This document shows, in pieces, positions 1 to 10,700 of a stretch of 64,000 bases of DNA. The notes below the pieces were generated by a model. It worked only from the letters and a program-made list of their open reading frames with translations. It ran no database searches and was not told the DNA's origin. Both the position numbers and the translations under genes were made by a program. The stretch lies in NCBI GenBank assembly GCA_963702205.1, contig OY969724.1:1120001-1184000 (forward strand), read 5' to 3'. The DNA comes from an uncultured candidate division Zixibacteria bacterium (GTDB taxonomy: Bacteria; Zixibacteria; MSB-5A5; GN15; PGXB01). Positions within the stretch are counted from its first letter, which is position 1. Each line of letters opens with the position of its first letter.

Positions 1-27
1 GCGAAAATAAAGGCCCGGGGGCGCCTT

Positions 28-2340
28 TTACCACCAGGACCAGAATTCGACACGGATTTTTGACAGGAATTTGCGGCCCAATATGGTCAGCATCGAGGAT
101 TTGCCGGTTTCGATTTTGGCATAACCGCTCATGCCTTCACGAAGAAGATTGTCGGCATTGTCGATAACGGCGGAAACCTCGAAGCAATATTTATCGTCGA
201 TTTTCGTGGCCGCTTCGGGTATACGCACGACCGTCCCTTTGAAAGTCCGGTCGGGATAGGTTCGGATTTTTATCGATACGTTCTGGCCCAGTTCCACCCG
301 GCCGATTTCAAAATCCGAAACGGGGATAAGCACTTCGACCGTGCTGTCGTCGATCACGGATAATAATGACTTTTCCGAAGGATTGCGGAAGACGACGCCT
401 GAGATGGGGGCCGTTATAATCCTCGCGTCGCCCTGCATCTGCAGAAACTCCAGCCGGGCCCTCTGGCTTTCGATTTTCTTTTCCACGATTATTTCTTCTT
501 CACGACGAGGCGCGGATTTGAGGACGTCCAGTGCGGAGATCGCCGTCTGCCAGTTGGCTTTGTCGATATCCATTTTGGACTGGACGTTGTCGAGTTGTTC
601 CGATGATATCAGATTTTTATCGTAGAGCTCCTTGGCCCGGTCATAATCTTTGCGGCTTTTATCGAAGGCCGCCTTGGCCGCCTGGACTTTCGACTGCGCT
701 TCATCAACTTCGACCTGCTTGGGCGGGGCTTTGAGAAGCATCAGTTGACCCTCAAGGCTCTGGAGTTCGGCCCGGGCGGCGATTATTTCCTGCGAAATCT
801 GGTTCGAGGTCAGAATCGCCAGCGTGTCTCCGGGCCGGACGTCCTGTCCGTCCTGTACCAGCGGGGCCAGGTTTAAAAGCCCGAGATCGTTGGCGTTCAT
901 CTGCATGATCGACATTTTGTCGTCCGGGCTCTTTCCACCGTAGTGCAGGCTGCTCTGAAGAGAACCGTACTGGTTCATCGACAGGTCGAACCGGGCAATC
1001 GGGTTAATATTTATCTGCCCCGAAACGCGGTTGGGAAACGGTATCGCCACGAAGACAATTATAAGGACTATCGCTATTACAATATAGCTTATCAGGCGAC
1101 CGGGTTTTTTCAAAATATCTTTCATATATCCGACGTGTGTGACCATCCCTCTTGCCAGTGAACGTAACTTATTGCGCAATATAAATAATAGCAGGAACAG
1201 CAGCAATAAAAATCCCGGACCACCCCAGCGCGAAATCATGAAGCCGCTCACGACATAGACTATTATTACGATCAAAAGCGTTGAGTAAAGCGTCGCCAGG
1301 CTTGAATATATGAGAAAAATTCTCTTTTCCCGGGCGGTTGCCGTAATGCGCTCGACCGGCCAGCCGAGGATATTTCTTTTAATGATATTGCCGAGATATT
1401 TGAACGCCCGACTGCGAAGATTGACTATTTCCAGCCAGTCGGACAATAAATAATAGCCATCAAGCTTTATCAGCGGATTGAAATTGAACAGGTAGGTCAC
1501 GAGACTGACACTGGCGATGATGCGGGCCACGTCGTTTATGAAAATCCCCGGCACCGTCACGCGCCAGACAATCACCGCAAAGGCCGTCAGGAGAAGTTGA
1601 TAAAACGGCCCGGCGAAAGTTACCGCGAGCCGCTGGGTTTTTTTCGGGAACAGCCAACTGTCGGAGACGTCGCAGTAAAAGCAGGGCTGGAGATATAAAA
1701 GTAAGAAACCCATCTCGCGGACTTCACCTCCGTAATGACGACAGACCACGGCATGAGCGAATTCATGGAAGACAATTATTATAAACAGCGAAACCACAAT
1801 GGCCGCTAACGGTCCCAGCGCGAACAGGCCGCCCGGATCGAACCAGAGGAGCGTTCGTCCGTCCTCGGAAACAATAACCCCCGCGGCCAGAATCACCAGG
1901 AAGAACATGAAAAACCAGAACGGTCGATGAAAGGGATGGTACACCTTAGACAACCGGTCGAGCAGCCTGCCCGGACGAAAGCCCTTTATTTTTAAAAAGA
2001 GTATCCGGTCGGCCATAGAACGGGGACGGAACGCCTGTTTGGCGGCGCGCGAAATTTCCTGTTCGCTGCGACCGTCGTCGAGGAAAAACATCGAGCGCAG
2101 CGTCACAGTGAATTGTACTATATTCTCACTGGTTATCTGAAGATTGAATTTCGACTGAAACTCGGCGGCGATTTCTTCCGGCGATGATTTTCCATCGAGC
2201 CGGTTGATCAGCCAGAATTCCGGAGCGCGCAGCTGGAAATAGCCTCCGGTGATCGGATCCTTTATAGTAAAGCCCACTTGCCCGTCAATTTGGGTCGGGA
2301 CAGAAATTAAATCGGAACGAAGCTTTGCGAATTGAGCCAT
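28..2340 (-). CDS. Site-2 (M50) membrane metalloprotease fused to C-terminal HlyD/RND-type periplasmic adaptor; PqqD-like N-terminus
   Basis: 770-aa ORF; HEFAH zinc motif and NFNPLIKLDGYY (NxxPxxxLDG) within TM helices; lipoyl-like VQDGQDVRPGDTLA, coiled coil, ITAPISGVV and LREGMSGYAKI beta-barrel motif; N-terminal KDPITGGYFQL...LDG...EEIAAEF resembles PqqD/RRE. Confidence 0.8.
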   Translation of the reverse strand: MAQFAKLRSDLISVPTQIDGQVGFTIKDPITGGYFQLRAPEFWLINRLDGKSSPEEIAAEFQSKFNLQITSENIVQFTVTLRSMFFLDDGRSEQEISRAAKQAFRPRSMADRILFLKIKGFRPGRLLDRLSKVYHPFHRPFWFFMFFLVILAAGVIVSEDGRTLLWFDPGGLFALGPLAAIVVSLFIIIVFHEFAHAVVCRHYGGEVREMGFLLLYLQPCFYCDVSDSWLFPKKTQRLAVTFAGPFYQLLLTAFAVIVWRVTVPGIFINDVARIIASVSLVTYLFNFNPLIKLDGYYLLSDWLEIVNLRSRAFKYLGNIIKRNILGWPVERITATAREKRIFLIYSSLATLYSTLLIVIIVYVVSGFMISRWGGPGFLLLLFLLLFILRNKLRSLARGMVTHVGYMKDILKKPGRLISYIVIAIVLIIVFVAIPFPNRVSGQININPIARFDLSMNQYGSLQSSLHYGGKSPDDKMSIMQMNANDLGLLNLAPLVQDGQDVRPGDTLAILTSNQISQEIIAARAELQSLEGQLMLLKAPPKQVEVDEAQSKVQAAKAAFDKSRKDYDRAKELYDKNLISSEQLDNVQSKMDIDKANWQTAISALDVLKSAPRREEEIIVEKKIESQRARLEFLQMQGDARIITAPISGVVFRNPSEKSLLSVIDDSTVEVLIPVSDFEIGRVELGQNVSIKIRTYPDRTFKGTVVRIPEAATKIDDKYCFEVSAVIDNADNLLREGMSGYAKIETGKSSMLTILGRKFLSKIRVEFWSWW

Positions 2341-2652
2341 ACGATCAAGTTACAATATCGCCTGACTTCAATCAAGACAGCATTTTAAATACAGGACAAT
2401 TATTCTCCTGAAATGACAAAAAATGTCATTCACACGATTTTGTCCTTGACAATTTTCGCCAATATGTGATGTTGCATTTATAACTGTAAGCGGAAAGAAA
2501 TATAAAGTCATAAATCAAACGGGCATTTGATTCAAGTTTAATTTCAACACAAAGTCAGACGCGGACTTTCCGCGAGTTTTGATCCGGAACGGTAAGCGAT
2601 TATAAATAAATTAGATAAGGCAGCACGTAGATTCTGGGGAGAAGGGCGAAAT

Positions 2653-3837
2653 ATGTGTCCCTCCGACTCTGTCAGCGGCGGTACTTTCGGGCCGGATATT
2701 GAATTCGATGCGATAGGTACTCTTTTCCGCATAGCCGGTGAAGCACCCTGTATGGAAGATTTCATCGGCGGCCTCCCCGATCATTTCAAAAAATATTCCG
2801 GTTGTGAACATATCGGTATTAGAATGCAGAGCGGAGATGACTATCCATACGTGGCCCATACGGGTTTATCGCAAAAATTCCTCGATGATGAAGACGGGAC
2901 TTTTTTGTCACAAACGGGCGACGGTTATCCCCACGGTTTAAGCTGTTTGTGCGGCGATATCATCGACGGCCGCTTCGATTCCACGCAGCCGTACTATACC
3001 GAAAGAGGCAGCTTCTGGACCAACAATTTGAGCCGGTTGTTGGCGGAAACCTCGGACAACGAGCTTAAAACGGATACACGGTGCCTGCATAAGGACGAAT
3101 GGTTCGAGTCGGTCGCGTTTATACCGATTACCGGCACGGACGACAACGTCGGTGTGATTCAACTGCTCGAAAAAAGACCCGGCTTTTTTGGCCCCGACCT
3201 AATCGCTTTTTTAGAGCGTCAGGCCCATTATATTTCTGAAATTGTCCGGCTGTTGTACTATCCCGATTCGGTTTCTTACAGGCAATTACTGACCGACCTG
3301 TTCGATGCGATACCGGGTGTCGCCTTTGCGCTGAATACCGGGGGCCGTATTGTACTTACCAACGAGTCTGCCAGATCCCTTATGTTGGACGGCGAGACGT
3401 TTCCGGGCAAATTTACCGTCAGCGATATTAAGCCGGTCCGGGCGTCCCGGCAAATCGACAATATGCTTGGTTTTGTGATTAACAGCCTCACGCAGGTGAG
3501 ATTCGTTTTAAACACGAATGCCGGTCCGGTCGATTGCGCTATGGTCCCCGTTCTCAATCCCAAAGGACATCCTACCGTGCTGGCGGTATTCGGACAGGTG
3601 CTTTCGGACCGTGCCCGCGAAATCGAAAATGCCGACAGAAATGGAAAGAATCATAATCTGGACCTGCTGGAAGGCTATATCCCGATATGTTCGTCGTGCC
3701 GGAAAATTCGTGATAACGAAGGCGATTGGCACGAACTGGAAAATTATATACGGTTTAAAACCGTCGCCGAATTTTCTCATTGTATCTGTCCCGACTGCGC
3801 CGACAGGCTCTATCCCGGTTTGTTTGACCGCGACTGA
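2653..3837 (+). CDS. GAF/PAS-like sensor protein with C-terminal Cys/His Zn-binding module
   Basis: GAF-like LSCLCGDII...RGSFWTNN...ESVAFIPI; PAS-like DAIPGVAFALNTGGRIVLTNESA; C-terminal IPICSSCRKIRD...FSHCICPDC. Confidence 0.7.
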   Translation: MCPSDSVSGGTFGPDIEFDAIGTLFRIAGEAPCMEDFIGGLPDHFKKYSGCEHIGIRMQSGDDYPYVAHTGLSQKFLDDEDGTFLSQTGDGYPHGLSCLCGDIIDGRFDSTQPYYTERGSFWTNNLSRLLAETSDNELKTDTRCLHKDEWFESVAFIPITGTDDNVGVIQLLEKRPGFFGPDLIAFLERQAHYISEIVRLLYYPDSVSYRQLLTDLFDAIPGVAFALNTGGRIVLTNESARSLMLDGETFPGKFTVSDIKPVRASRQIDNMLGFVINSLTQVRFVLNTNAGPVDCAMVPVLNPKGHPTVLAVFGQVLSDRAREIENADRNGKNHNLDLLEGYIPICSSCRKIRDNEGDWHELENYIRFKTVAEFSHCICPDCADRLYPGLFDRD

Positions 3838-3921
3838 TGACCTTTTCCGTAAATTCGCTAAAATTAAATCAACTTTGTCTTTTTATTGACGTCTATAATT
3901 CAAAACCGACTATATATTAAT

Positions 3922-4638
3922 ATGCCAACTGATTTTATAAATACATCCGAATTATGCCGTCATTATCATCGCGGTCAGCACGTAATCAAAGCGGTCGACA
4001 GCATCAATCTCGGTATCGGCAAAGGCGACTTTCTGGCCGTAGTCGGGGCGTCCGGTTCCGGCAAATCGACTCTTTTAAATTTGTTGGCCGGGCTCGATTC
4101 GCCGACTTCGGGGACGATAAACTACGCGGGGAAAAATCTGTCGGCCATGTCCGGCAAGGAACTCTCGGCCTACCGGGCGGCGAGAGTCGGCATGATATTT
4201 CAATCGTTCAACCTGCTGCCGTATCAGACCGCTCATAAAAATGTCGAACTGGCTCTGTATTTTCAGGACGTGCCGAGGCGCGATCGGTTGCAGAAAACCA
4301 CGGCCATACTGGAACGACTCGGCCTTGAGGACCGCATGGACCACCGACCGGGCGACCTGTCCGGCGGCGAACAGCAGCGGGTGGCGATTGCGAGGGCGCT
4401 GGTGAAAAGTCCGGAAATTCTTTTTGCCGATGAACCGACCGGCAACCTCGATCGTGAAAATTCCGATATCATCGCCAACCTTCTGGCCGAATTCAACCGG
4501 GACGGGTTGACGGTTATACTGGTGACGCACGACCTGGATCTGGCGCGGCGCTGCACCCGGCGCATTTTGCGTATGCACTATGGCCGGATTATAGAAGATT
4601 CGGCTGAACCTGCGGAGCGCGGCAATGAAATTTCGTGA
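3922..4638 (+). CDS. ABC transporter ATP-binding protein (LolD/MacB-like)
   Basis: Walker A GASGSGKS, LSGGEQQRVAIARAL, ADEPTGNLD, VTHD; ATG at 3922 preferred over TTG at 3886. Confidence 0.92.
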   Translation: MPTDFINTSELCRHYHRGQHVIKAVDSINLGIGKGDFLAVVGASGSGKSTLLNLLAGLDSPTSGTINYAGKNLSAMSGKELSAYRAARVGMIFQSFNLLPYQTAHKNVELALYFQDVPRRDRLQKTTAILERLGLEDRMDHRPGDLSGGEQQRVAIARALVKSPEILFADEPTGNLDRENSDIIANLLAEFNRDGLTVILVTHDLDLARRCTRRILRMHYGRIIEDSAEPAERGNEIS

Positions 4639-6094
4639 TCTTCTGGAGCTTTCCGTCGGCAATCTCTGGCGGACAAAAATCAGGGCGGTGCTGACGACGG
4701 CGGGTGTGGTCATCGCCATCGCCACTTTCGTGGCCATGCTTTCGTTCGGGGCGGGCAATCAGAAGATGATCACCGATACCTACAACGAACTCGGCCTCTT
4801 TACCAATATGAAGGTCTATCCCAAAAGCGATACCAATGATGCCGACACCGTCAAACCGGTGCCGCTCGATAAAGACGCTATCGCCGGACTTTCGGCCATC
4901 CCCGGGGTGCTGGCGGTGTACCCCTACGTTTCTTTCAAAGTTACCGTCGCCGTGGCCGACACCCAGTTCAACACCGAGGCCCGGGCTCTGTCGCAGACTG
5001 CCATCAAGACCAAATTGTATAAGGCATTGTTGGGCGGGCACGAGTTTTCATCCGATTCGGCCAGCGAGGCGATTTTGAGCTTTGATTTTGTGCATTCTCT
5101 GAAACTTGCTGATCCCGACACCCTGATCGGACAGAATCTTGTCATGACGACCAAAGCTTTCAGCCTGGACAGTGCTTTTTTGAACATCATCGACGACAAA
5201 AAATCAAAAATATGGGACCAGCTGCACGATATAGAATTCGATTCGCTCTTCAATCGGGATTATCGCGACCGCATCCTGCGTCAGGAAATAAACGAGGCCC
5301 TGCGGCGGTTCGTGCAGGGGCTGTCCAATCGACAGCGGACTCTGGTCGATACATTGAAAATAGTCGGGATCGGTGAGGACGTCGGTAATCACCAGATTCG
5401 CACCTCGCCGGTCATCATCCCGGAACACCTGGCCCGTAAACTGAGCGCCGGTGGTTATGGCTACGGAAACGATCTGACCGATATTATCCCGGCCATACAG
5501 GAAGGCCGTCTGTTTATCCAGGGGAGCATCGACGAAACCCGCCACTATCCCCGCGTCACGCTCGACCTCGATCCTTATACGCCGTACAAAAGTGTCAAAG
5601 ATTCGGTGGAAGCGCTCGGATTCAGGGCGTTCAGCTTTGCCGAGCAGTTCGAGCAGATACAAAAATTCTTCATATATTTTCACCTCGCCCTGGCGACAAT
5701 CGGGCTGATCGCGCTGGTGACCGCATCGCTCGGTATCGCCAATACCCTGATTATGTCTATCATAGAACGACGCCGTGAAATCGGCGTGATCCGGTCGCTC
5801 GGGGCCGACATTTCCGACATTCGCGTGCTATTTCTGGCGGAGTCGGCGGTGATCGGTGCGGCCGGTTCGGTTCTCGGGATACTCTTCGGCTGGCTGGCCA
5901 CACGATTGGTGGCGTTTGTGGGCCGGATAATTCTCGAACGGCAGGACATGCCGTTTTATGATCCGTTCGCCCTGCCGCTCTGGCTGATTCTGATCGCGTT
6001 TGTTTTCGGGGTGCTGGTCAGTCTGCTGGCCGGATTTTATCCGGCCTCGAAAGCGGCCAAAGTCGACCCGGTGGAAGCTCTTCGAGCCGAGTAA
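4625..6094 (+). CDS. ABC transporter permease (MacB/FtsX-like)
   Basis: N-terminal TM, large periplasmic loop, GIANTLIMSIIERRREIGVIRSLGA, GFYPASKAAKVDPVEALR; overlaps ATPase stop. Confidence 0.92.
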   Translation: MKFRDLLELSVGNLWRTKIRAVLTTAGVVIAIATFVAMLSFGAGNQKMITDTYNELGLFTNMKVYPKSDTNDADTVKPVPLDKDAIAGLSAIPGVLAVYPYVSFKVTVAVADTQFNTEARALSQTAIKTKLYKALLGGHEFSSDSASEAILSFDFVHSLKLADPDTLIGQNLVMTTKAFSLDSAFLNIIDDKKSKIWDQLHDIEFDSLFNRDYRDRILRQEINEALRRFVQGLSNRQRTLVDTLKIVGIGEDVGNHQIRTSPVIIPEHLARKLSAGGYGYGNDLTDIIPAIQEGRLFIQGSIDETRHYPRVTLDLDPYTPYKSVKDSVEALGFRAFSFAEQFEQIQKFFIYFHLALATIGLIALVTASLGIANTLIMSIIERRREIGVIRSLGADISDIRVLFLAESAVIGAAGSVLGILFGWLATRLVAFVGRIILERQDMPFYDPFALPLWLILIAFVFGVLVSLLAGFYPASKAAKVDPVEALRAE

Positions 6095-6124
6095 CGATAT
6101 TCATTGCAGAGATTAGATAGACTC

Positions 6125-7537
6125 TTATGGACAAACCGGATCTGGCCCCGGCGGATCAGCATAGGTAAAATCAATCAGGTACAATATATCGATCAGATTC
6201 GTGGCCCCGTCGGAGTTGACATCACCCGATTCCTGCGGATCGGGGGCGGGACCGGCCGGGTCGCCGTAAATGTTGTCGATCAGGTACAATATGTCGATAA
6301 GGTTTATATCTCCGTCGGCGTTTACGTCGCCGCAAACAAAGTCGCCCAGATCTATATATATCGAATCGAGCGGGGTGGTTGCGGAATTGACACCGTCCGA
6401 AAATTCAAAGGAGTACCTGTACCACCCGGTTTCGGTTACGTTCAGTTCAGTTTCAAAAACCGCACCGGCGATATAATTTTTCTCACAGGCGGTCATCTCA
6501 TATGGTGCACTAACGAAATTAAGATTTCTTGTGACCGGAAGGTTGTTATCGTCATCGGTATAGGTGACCGCCGCTGAAACGTGCCCGGCAGCATCCGAAG
6601 TAACGGCCTGATCACCAAGCTGCGGAGCGGAGTTGGCTGCCGAATAATCGAGAAGGTGCGACGATGGTATAAAAAGCGCGGCCTTGCCTTCGTCGTTGGT
6701 TGCAAGGGTCGTCAACGACAGCGTGGCTGTTATCGGCGCCGCCCCGACAAAACCAGACGGAGGCGGCCAGTCCGACCATCCCGGCTGGGTGGTGAGATCG
6801 GCGATGTTGCACGACAGACTGAGCGAATTGCCGCTGACATTGGTCATAATCGAACCGATCTGGGTCAGACTGCTGTCGGCCAGGTCCATGGCGTAAAGAC
6901 CGGTGGAATACAATACGGCATTGCCATAAAGCATCAAATATACGGTCGAATCGGTGGCATTGGGGTCGAGCAGCCCGATCATATACAGGTAATATGTAAA
7001 CAAGCCGCCCGAAGTCGGAAAACCGCCGCCGTCATTGTCCAGCCGAAAATAGAGCTTGTTGTCGGAGTACGATCCAAAGAGGTGCGTTATGTCGAGGTTG
7101 CTTCCCTCTCCGTTCTGATCGCCCGTGAGGTCGGCGCCCAGATCGACCATAAGGTACTGCGGGATAGGGAACTCGTCGGCTTCATTTTTGGGCGACTGGC
7201 TGACCACGGCCGTATCCGTGACGGAGCGGAAATACCATTCGAGCGTTCCCGACGGCGGCTGATAGCTGATTGATCCCGAGTATGTCCGGGTGGAGCAGGC
7301 TTGATACGCCAGGTTAATTTCGGCGCTGTCCCAGCTTGTCGCGGAATAATCCCGATATACGACCCGATGGCCCGCGGCCATATTCATATAAAGTGAATCG
7401 ACAATATCGAAATTGAAAAAAGTCATAGCCGCCGGGGCACTGGACGTCGCATACTCATAGGGCTGCGAGTACTGCTGGGCCATCGACGCCGAGGCAAGCA
7501 AAATCATGACAATTATAAGAAAAACAGATTTAATCAT
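6125..7537 (-). CDS. Secreted protein with C-terminal dockerin-like domain
   Basis: Signal peptide MIKSVFLIIVMILLASASMA; tandem EF-hand-like repeats [19 protein letters not shown]...[18 protein letters not shown]...PPGPDPVCP. Confidence 0.8.
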   Translation of the reverse strand: MIKSVFLIIVMILLASASMAQQYSQPYEYATSSAPAAMTFFNFDIVDSLYMNMAAGHRVVYRDYSATSWDSAEINLAYQACSTRTYSGSISYQPPSGTLEWYFRSVTDTAVVSQSPKNEADEFPIPQYLMVDLGADLTGDQNGEGSNLDITHLFGSYSDNKLYFRLDNDGGGFPTSGGLFTYYLYMIGLLDPNATDSTVYLMLYGNAVLYSTGLYAMDLADSSLTQIGSIMTNVSGNSLSLSCNIADLTTQPGWSDWPPPSGFVGAAPITATLSLTTLATNDEGKAALFIPSSHLLDYSAANSAPQLGDQAVTSDAAGHVSAAVTYTDDDNNLPVTRNLNFVSAPYEMTACEKNYIAGAVFETELNVTETGWYRYSFEFSDGVNSATTPLDSIYIDLGDFVCGDVNADGDINLIDILYLIDNIYGDPAGPAPDPQESGDVNSDGATNLIDILYLIDFTYADPPGPDPVCP

Positions 7538-7696
7538 TTAACCTACATAATCGCCGGTTTGGAGCCATATAAATCAATATAATCAAGATCGAAAATCCTG
7601 CAACCGCCTTTTATCGGGTAGTCGGGATTATGAAATCGGACCCAAAAGTATTGATGGCAGCTAATAAGTACAATATAGGGAATCGGTTGAAATAAG

Positions 7697-7727
7697 AAAG
7701 GCAGGCCCGGATTGAGCCTGCCTTTTT
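7697..7727 (-). terminator. Intrinsic terminator hairpin after the C1 peptidase gene
   Basis: AAAGGCAGGC-N-GCCTGCCTTTT inverted repeat immediately downstream of the minus-strand stop at 7738. Confidence 0.65.
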
Positions 7728-7737
7728 GAATTGGAAG

Positions 7738-9464
7738 CTATTTTAGAAGCACCATTTTTCTCGTGGCGCGAAATTGCTCGGTTTCGATGCGATAAAAATA
7801 CACACCGGTCGCCACCGGACGCCCGTCGGCGTCGCGGCCGTTCCACTGGACCGTGTGTTCACCGGCCGAGATTTCATTGTCGACCAGCGTCGCAACCTTC
7901 TGACCGATCATATTATAGACGGCTATGTTGACGTGCGTGCGCTGCTCCAGCGAATACGCGATAGTCGTTATCGGGTTGAACGGGTTGGGATAGTTCGGTT
8001 CCAGTCTGAAGCGGTCGGGAAGAGTCGCGAGGTCGTCGTCGTTTGACTGCACCAGCGACGGATCGGTGCGGATGCGCAGAGCGGCATCGACCGACATCCC
8101 GCCTCCGAGCTCGAACCAGCTGTAGCTGGCACCGCTGCTGGATATATAGGTAGTCGAAGCCTCAATCGGGGCGGTGTTATCGCAGACGACGGGAAAGTTA
8201 TAACTTTCATCGGTAAACTTGACCGCGACGAAAATCGGGTCGCCGGAAGTAAGATCGACCGGCGCGACCAGGGCTATCGAATGATATCCCGGCTCGGCGA
8301 AAGACGTGTCATAGCGGTACCCAGCAGATTGCTCAACGTTCCGCTGGTCGTGTTGAAGTCATCGTAGACGTACACGTCGACGTCGGTCGTGGCATCGGTC
8401 GTCCAGAATTCGACACGGGTCAGTTTGGTATTTTCGACCGGCGTGAATTTGCTCATCGCCCAGCAGGTCGTACTTCCAAATCCCAGTTGGGTCACCCAAC
8501 CGCCTTCATCGTAATAGTACAAATTCTGGGTGGAATCGTAATCGGTCAGGTTGACCGACACCGCCGACCAGGTACCGATATTGGCGGAACCATAGGCGAT
8601 ATAAAAATATCCGCGCTCGGCGCCATAACCGCAGGTGCCGCCCCAGCCGGTTCCCCAGCTGTTTTTGACAATCCATCCGCCGGTGCCGCCGGCGTGCACG
8701 AGGTTATCATCCCAGCCGACAATCAAAACGGCGTGATTGGATTGATAGGTGCCGGAATAGTACATGGTATACGAACCGTCGTAGTTATTCATCTCCGTAT
8801 TCCACGACGGATCGCTGCCGTCACCCGCATAATAGGTCGTGTAAACCGGGCCGTAATTGTAAATATAACTCTTGAGGATGGAGTCGTCTGGCACGGAAGC
8901 AGTCGAGATGATCAGCCAGTCGAGCAAAACCTTCTGTGGTGTGCAGGAGGAATTGCAGGAGACGTCGGAAGCGACATAGGGGTCGCAGGATTCGAGGATG
9001 GTTCCTTTTTTGGAAAACAGGTCAGCGAGATCATAGCACGATCCGCCGCTGCACGAGCGGTCCCAATAGTTACACTCTTTGGCATTGTTTTCGGAGAAAT
9101 CATAGGTCGTGCCCTCGGTTATAAGCAGCCGGGATTCGATATTGGCAATTCCGGCAAACGAATAGCAGGCGCCGCAGACGCTTTGATTTTTGACCGGGGT
9201 CACCTTGCCGGTTTCACGCCAGTCGAAACGAGTCGGCAAAGCCGAGGCGATCTGTCGGCCCCCCCGACGATCTACCGATACCATGCGCGGATGGACGTGG
9301 TCGAGGTCCATGCGCGGGGCGATAAAACCGTAATCGCTGCCGGGTGAGGCCGGTTTGATCGGGGCGATCTGCGGTTTTTCCGGCACGGCCCCGTAGGCGG
9401 CGGCTATAAGAAAGATCGATAAGAAAATTATACTTTGTTTCAGATAGCGGAAATTCATGGGCAT
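7738..9464 (-). CDS. Secreted papain-family (C1) cysteine protease with C-terminal NYPNPFNP (T9SS-CTD/FlgD-Ig-like) domain; one frameshift near 8316-8321
   Basis: FDWR, QSVCGACYSF, NHAVLIVGW, WIVKNSWG; restoring one base at GGTACC joins ...LSNLLGT to RYDTSFAEPGYHSIAL..., which reads open into ORF 7738..8097 (NYPNPFNP...GVYFYRI...KMVLLK); GGAGG RBS before 9464. Confidence 0.85.
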
Positions 9465-9648
9465 TGACCCTCCTGAATGAATATTTCTCTCTTTTATCCT
9501 GATTTTCGGCCGTCCGACAAGGCTTCGTAAGACATTTGTATCGTGAATCTGATTTATGGCCAAATATTGATTATTTGCTAAACAGACGCAGGAGAGCGAA
9601 CCTGACGAGTATGGGGCGCCTCCCATATTCTTTTGACAGAGAAGCGTT

Positions 9649-10608
9649 TTGGCGTATATTGGGGCCGTGAAGACCGGAGATAAAATTGCCGTGCTGGGTT
9701 ACGGGTCTCAGGGACGGGCCTGGGCGTTGAACCTCAAAGATTCCGGGTGTGACGTTATAATCGGGCTGCCCTCGAAAGCCAGGTCCCGCAATCTGGCCCG
9801 CCGTGACGGTTGGACTGGCATAACCACGGTGGACCGTGCGTCGGGGCTGGCGGATATGATAATCATGGCTTTCCCCGACCATCTCCACGGCCGCGTCTTC
9901 GAAAATGAAATCGCGCCGTATCTGAAACCGGGATCGGCGCTGGTCTTTCTGCACGGATTCTCGGTGCATTTCAGGACGGTTAAGCCGCCAAGGGACTGCG
10001 ATATAATTCTTCTCGCCCCGCTCGGACCGGGGACAGCCGTGCGCTCCCAGTATATTGAAAAAAAATCTATAGGATATTTTCATGCGATCCATCAGGACGG
10101 CTCCGGCCGGGCCAAAAAACGGCTCGATTTTTTGATACGTGGATTGAAAATCGACAAAAAAGCTCTGATCAAAACCACATTTGAAGACGAGGCTATTGGC
10201 GACCTGTTCGGAGAACAGGCGGTGCTGTGCGGGGGACTGTCGCAGTTAATTCTGGCCGGGTATGAGACGCTGGTCAAGGCCGGACTGCCGTCGGACAAGG
10301 CTTATCTCGAAGTGTGCTACCAGATTGACCTGATCGTCGATTTGATAAAACGCCACGGTATTGAAGGCATGTTCGGTCGGATCTCGGTCGCGGCGCGCTA
10401 CGGATCGCTTTTGAGCGGTCGCAAAATCATCGACCGGAATGTCCGCAAAAGTATGAAAGCTATTTATGACGATATCAAGTCCGGCCGTTTCGCCGATAAA
10501 CTTAATTCTCTGAGCGATCTTAAACTGAAGACGCTCAATGACGACCTCAAGAAGCTGTCAAATCCGTCCTTTGAAAAATCCGTCCGCAAGTTCTCCGATA
10601 AGAAATAG
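9649..10608 (+). CDS. ilvC: Ketol-acid reductoisomerase (short class I)
   Basis: IAVLGYGSQGRAWALNLKDSG, HGFSVHF, TTFEDEAIGDLFGEQAVLCGG, AYLEV. Confidence 0.93.
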   Translation: MAYIGAVKTGDKIAVLGYGSQGRAWALNLKDSGCDVIIGLPSKARSRNLARRDGWTGITTVDRASGLADMIIMAFPDHLHGRVFENEIAPYLKPGSALVFLHGFSVHFRTVKPPRDCDIILLAPLGPGTAVRSQYIEKKSIGYFHAIHQDGSGRAKKRLDFLIRGLKIDKKALIKTTFEDEAIGDLFGEQAVLCGGLSQLILAGYETLVKAGLPSDKAYLEVCYQIDLIVDLIKRHGIEGMFGRISVAARYGSLLSGRKIIDRNVRKSMKAIYDDIKSGRFADKLNSLSDLKLKTLNDDLKKLSNPSFEKSVRKFSDKK

Positions 10609-10700
10609 CCGGTTCGGTCACATCAATCTTTGCATGAATTTTTGTTGATTCCCGGGCACCGCGCCTTGATCTTTAATGACCAAATAATAACAGCGAAGAA

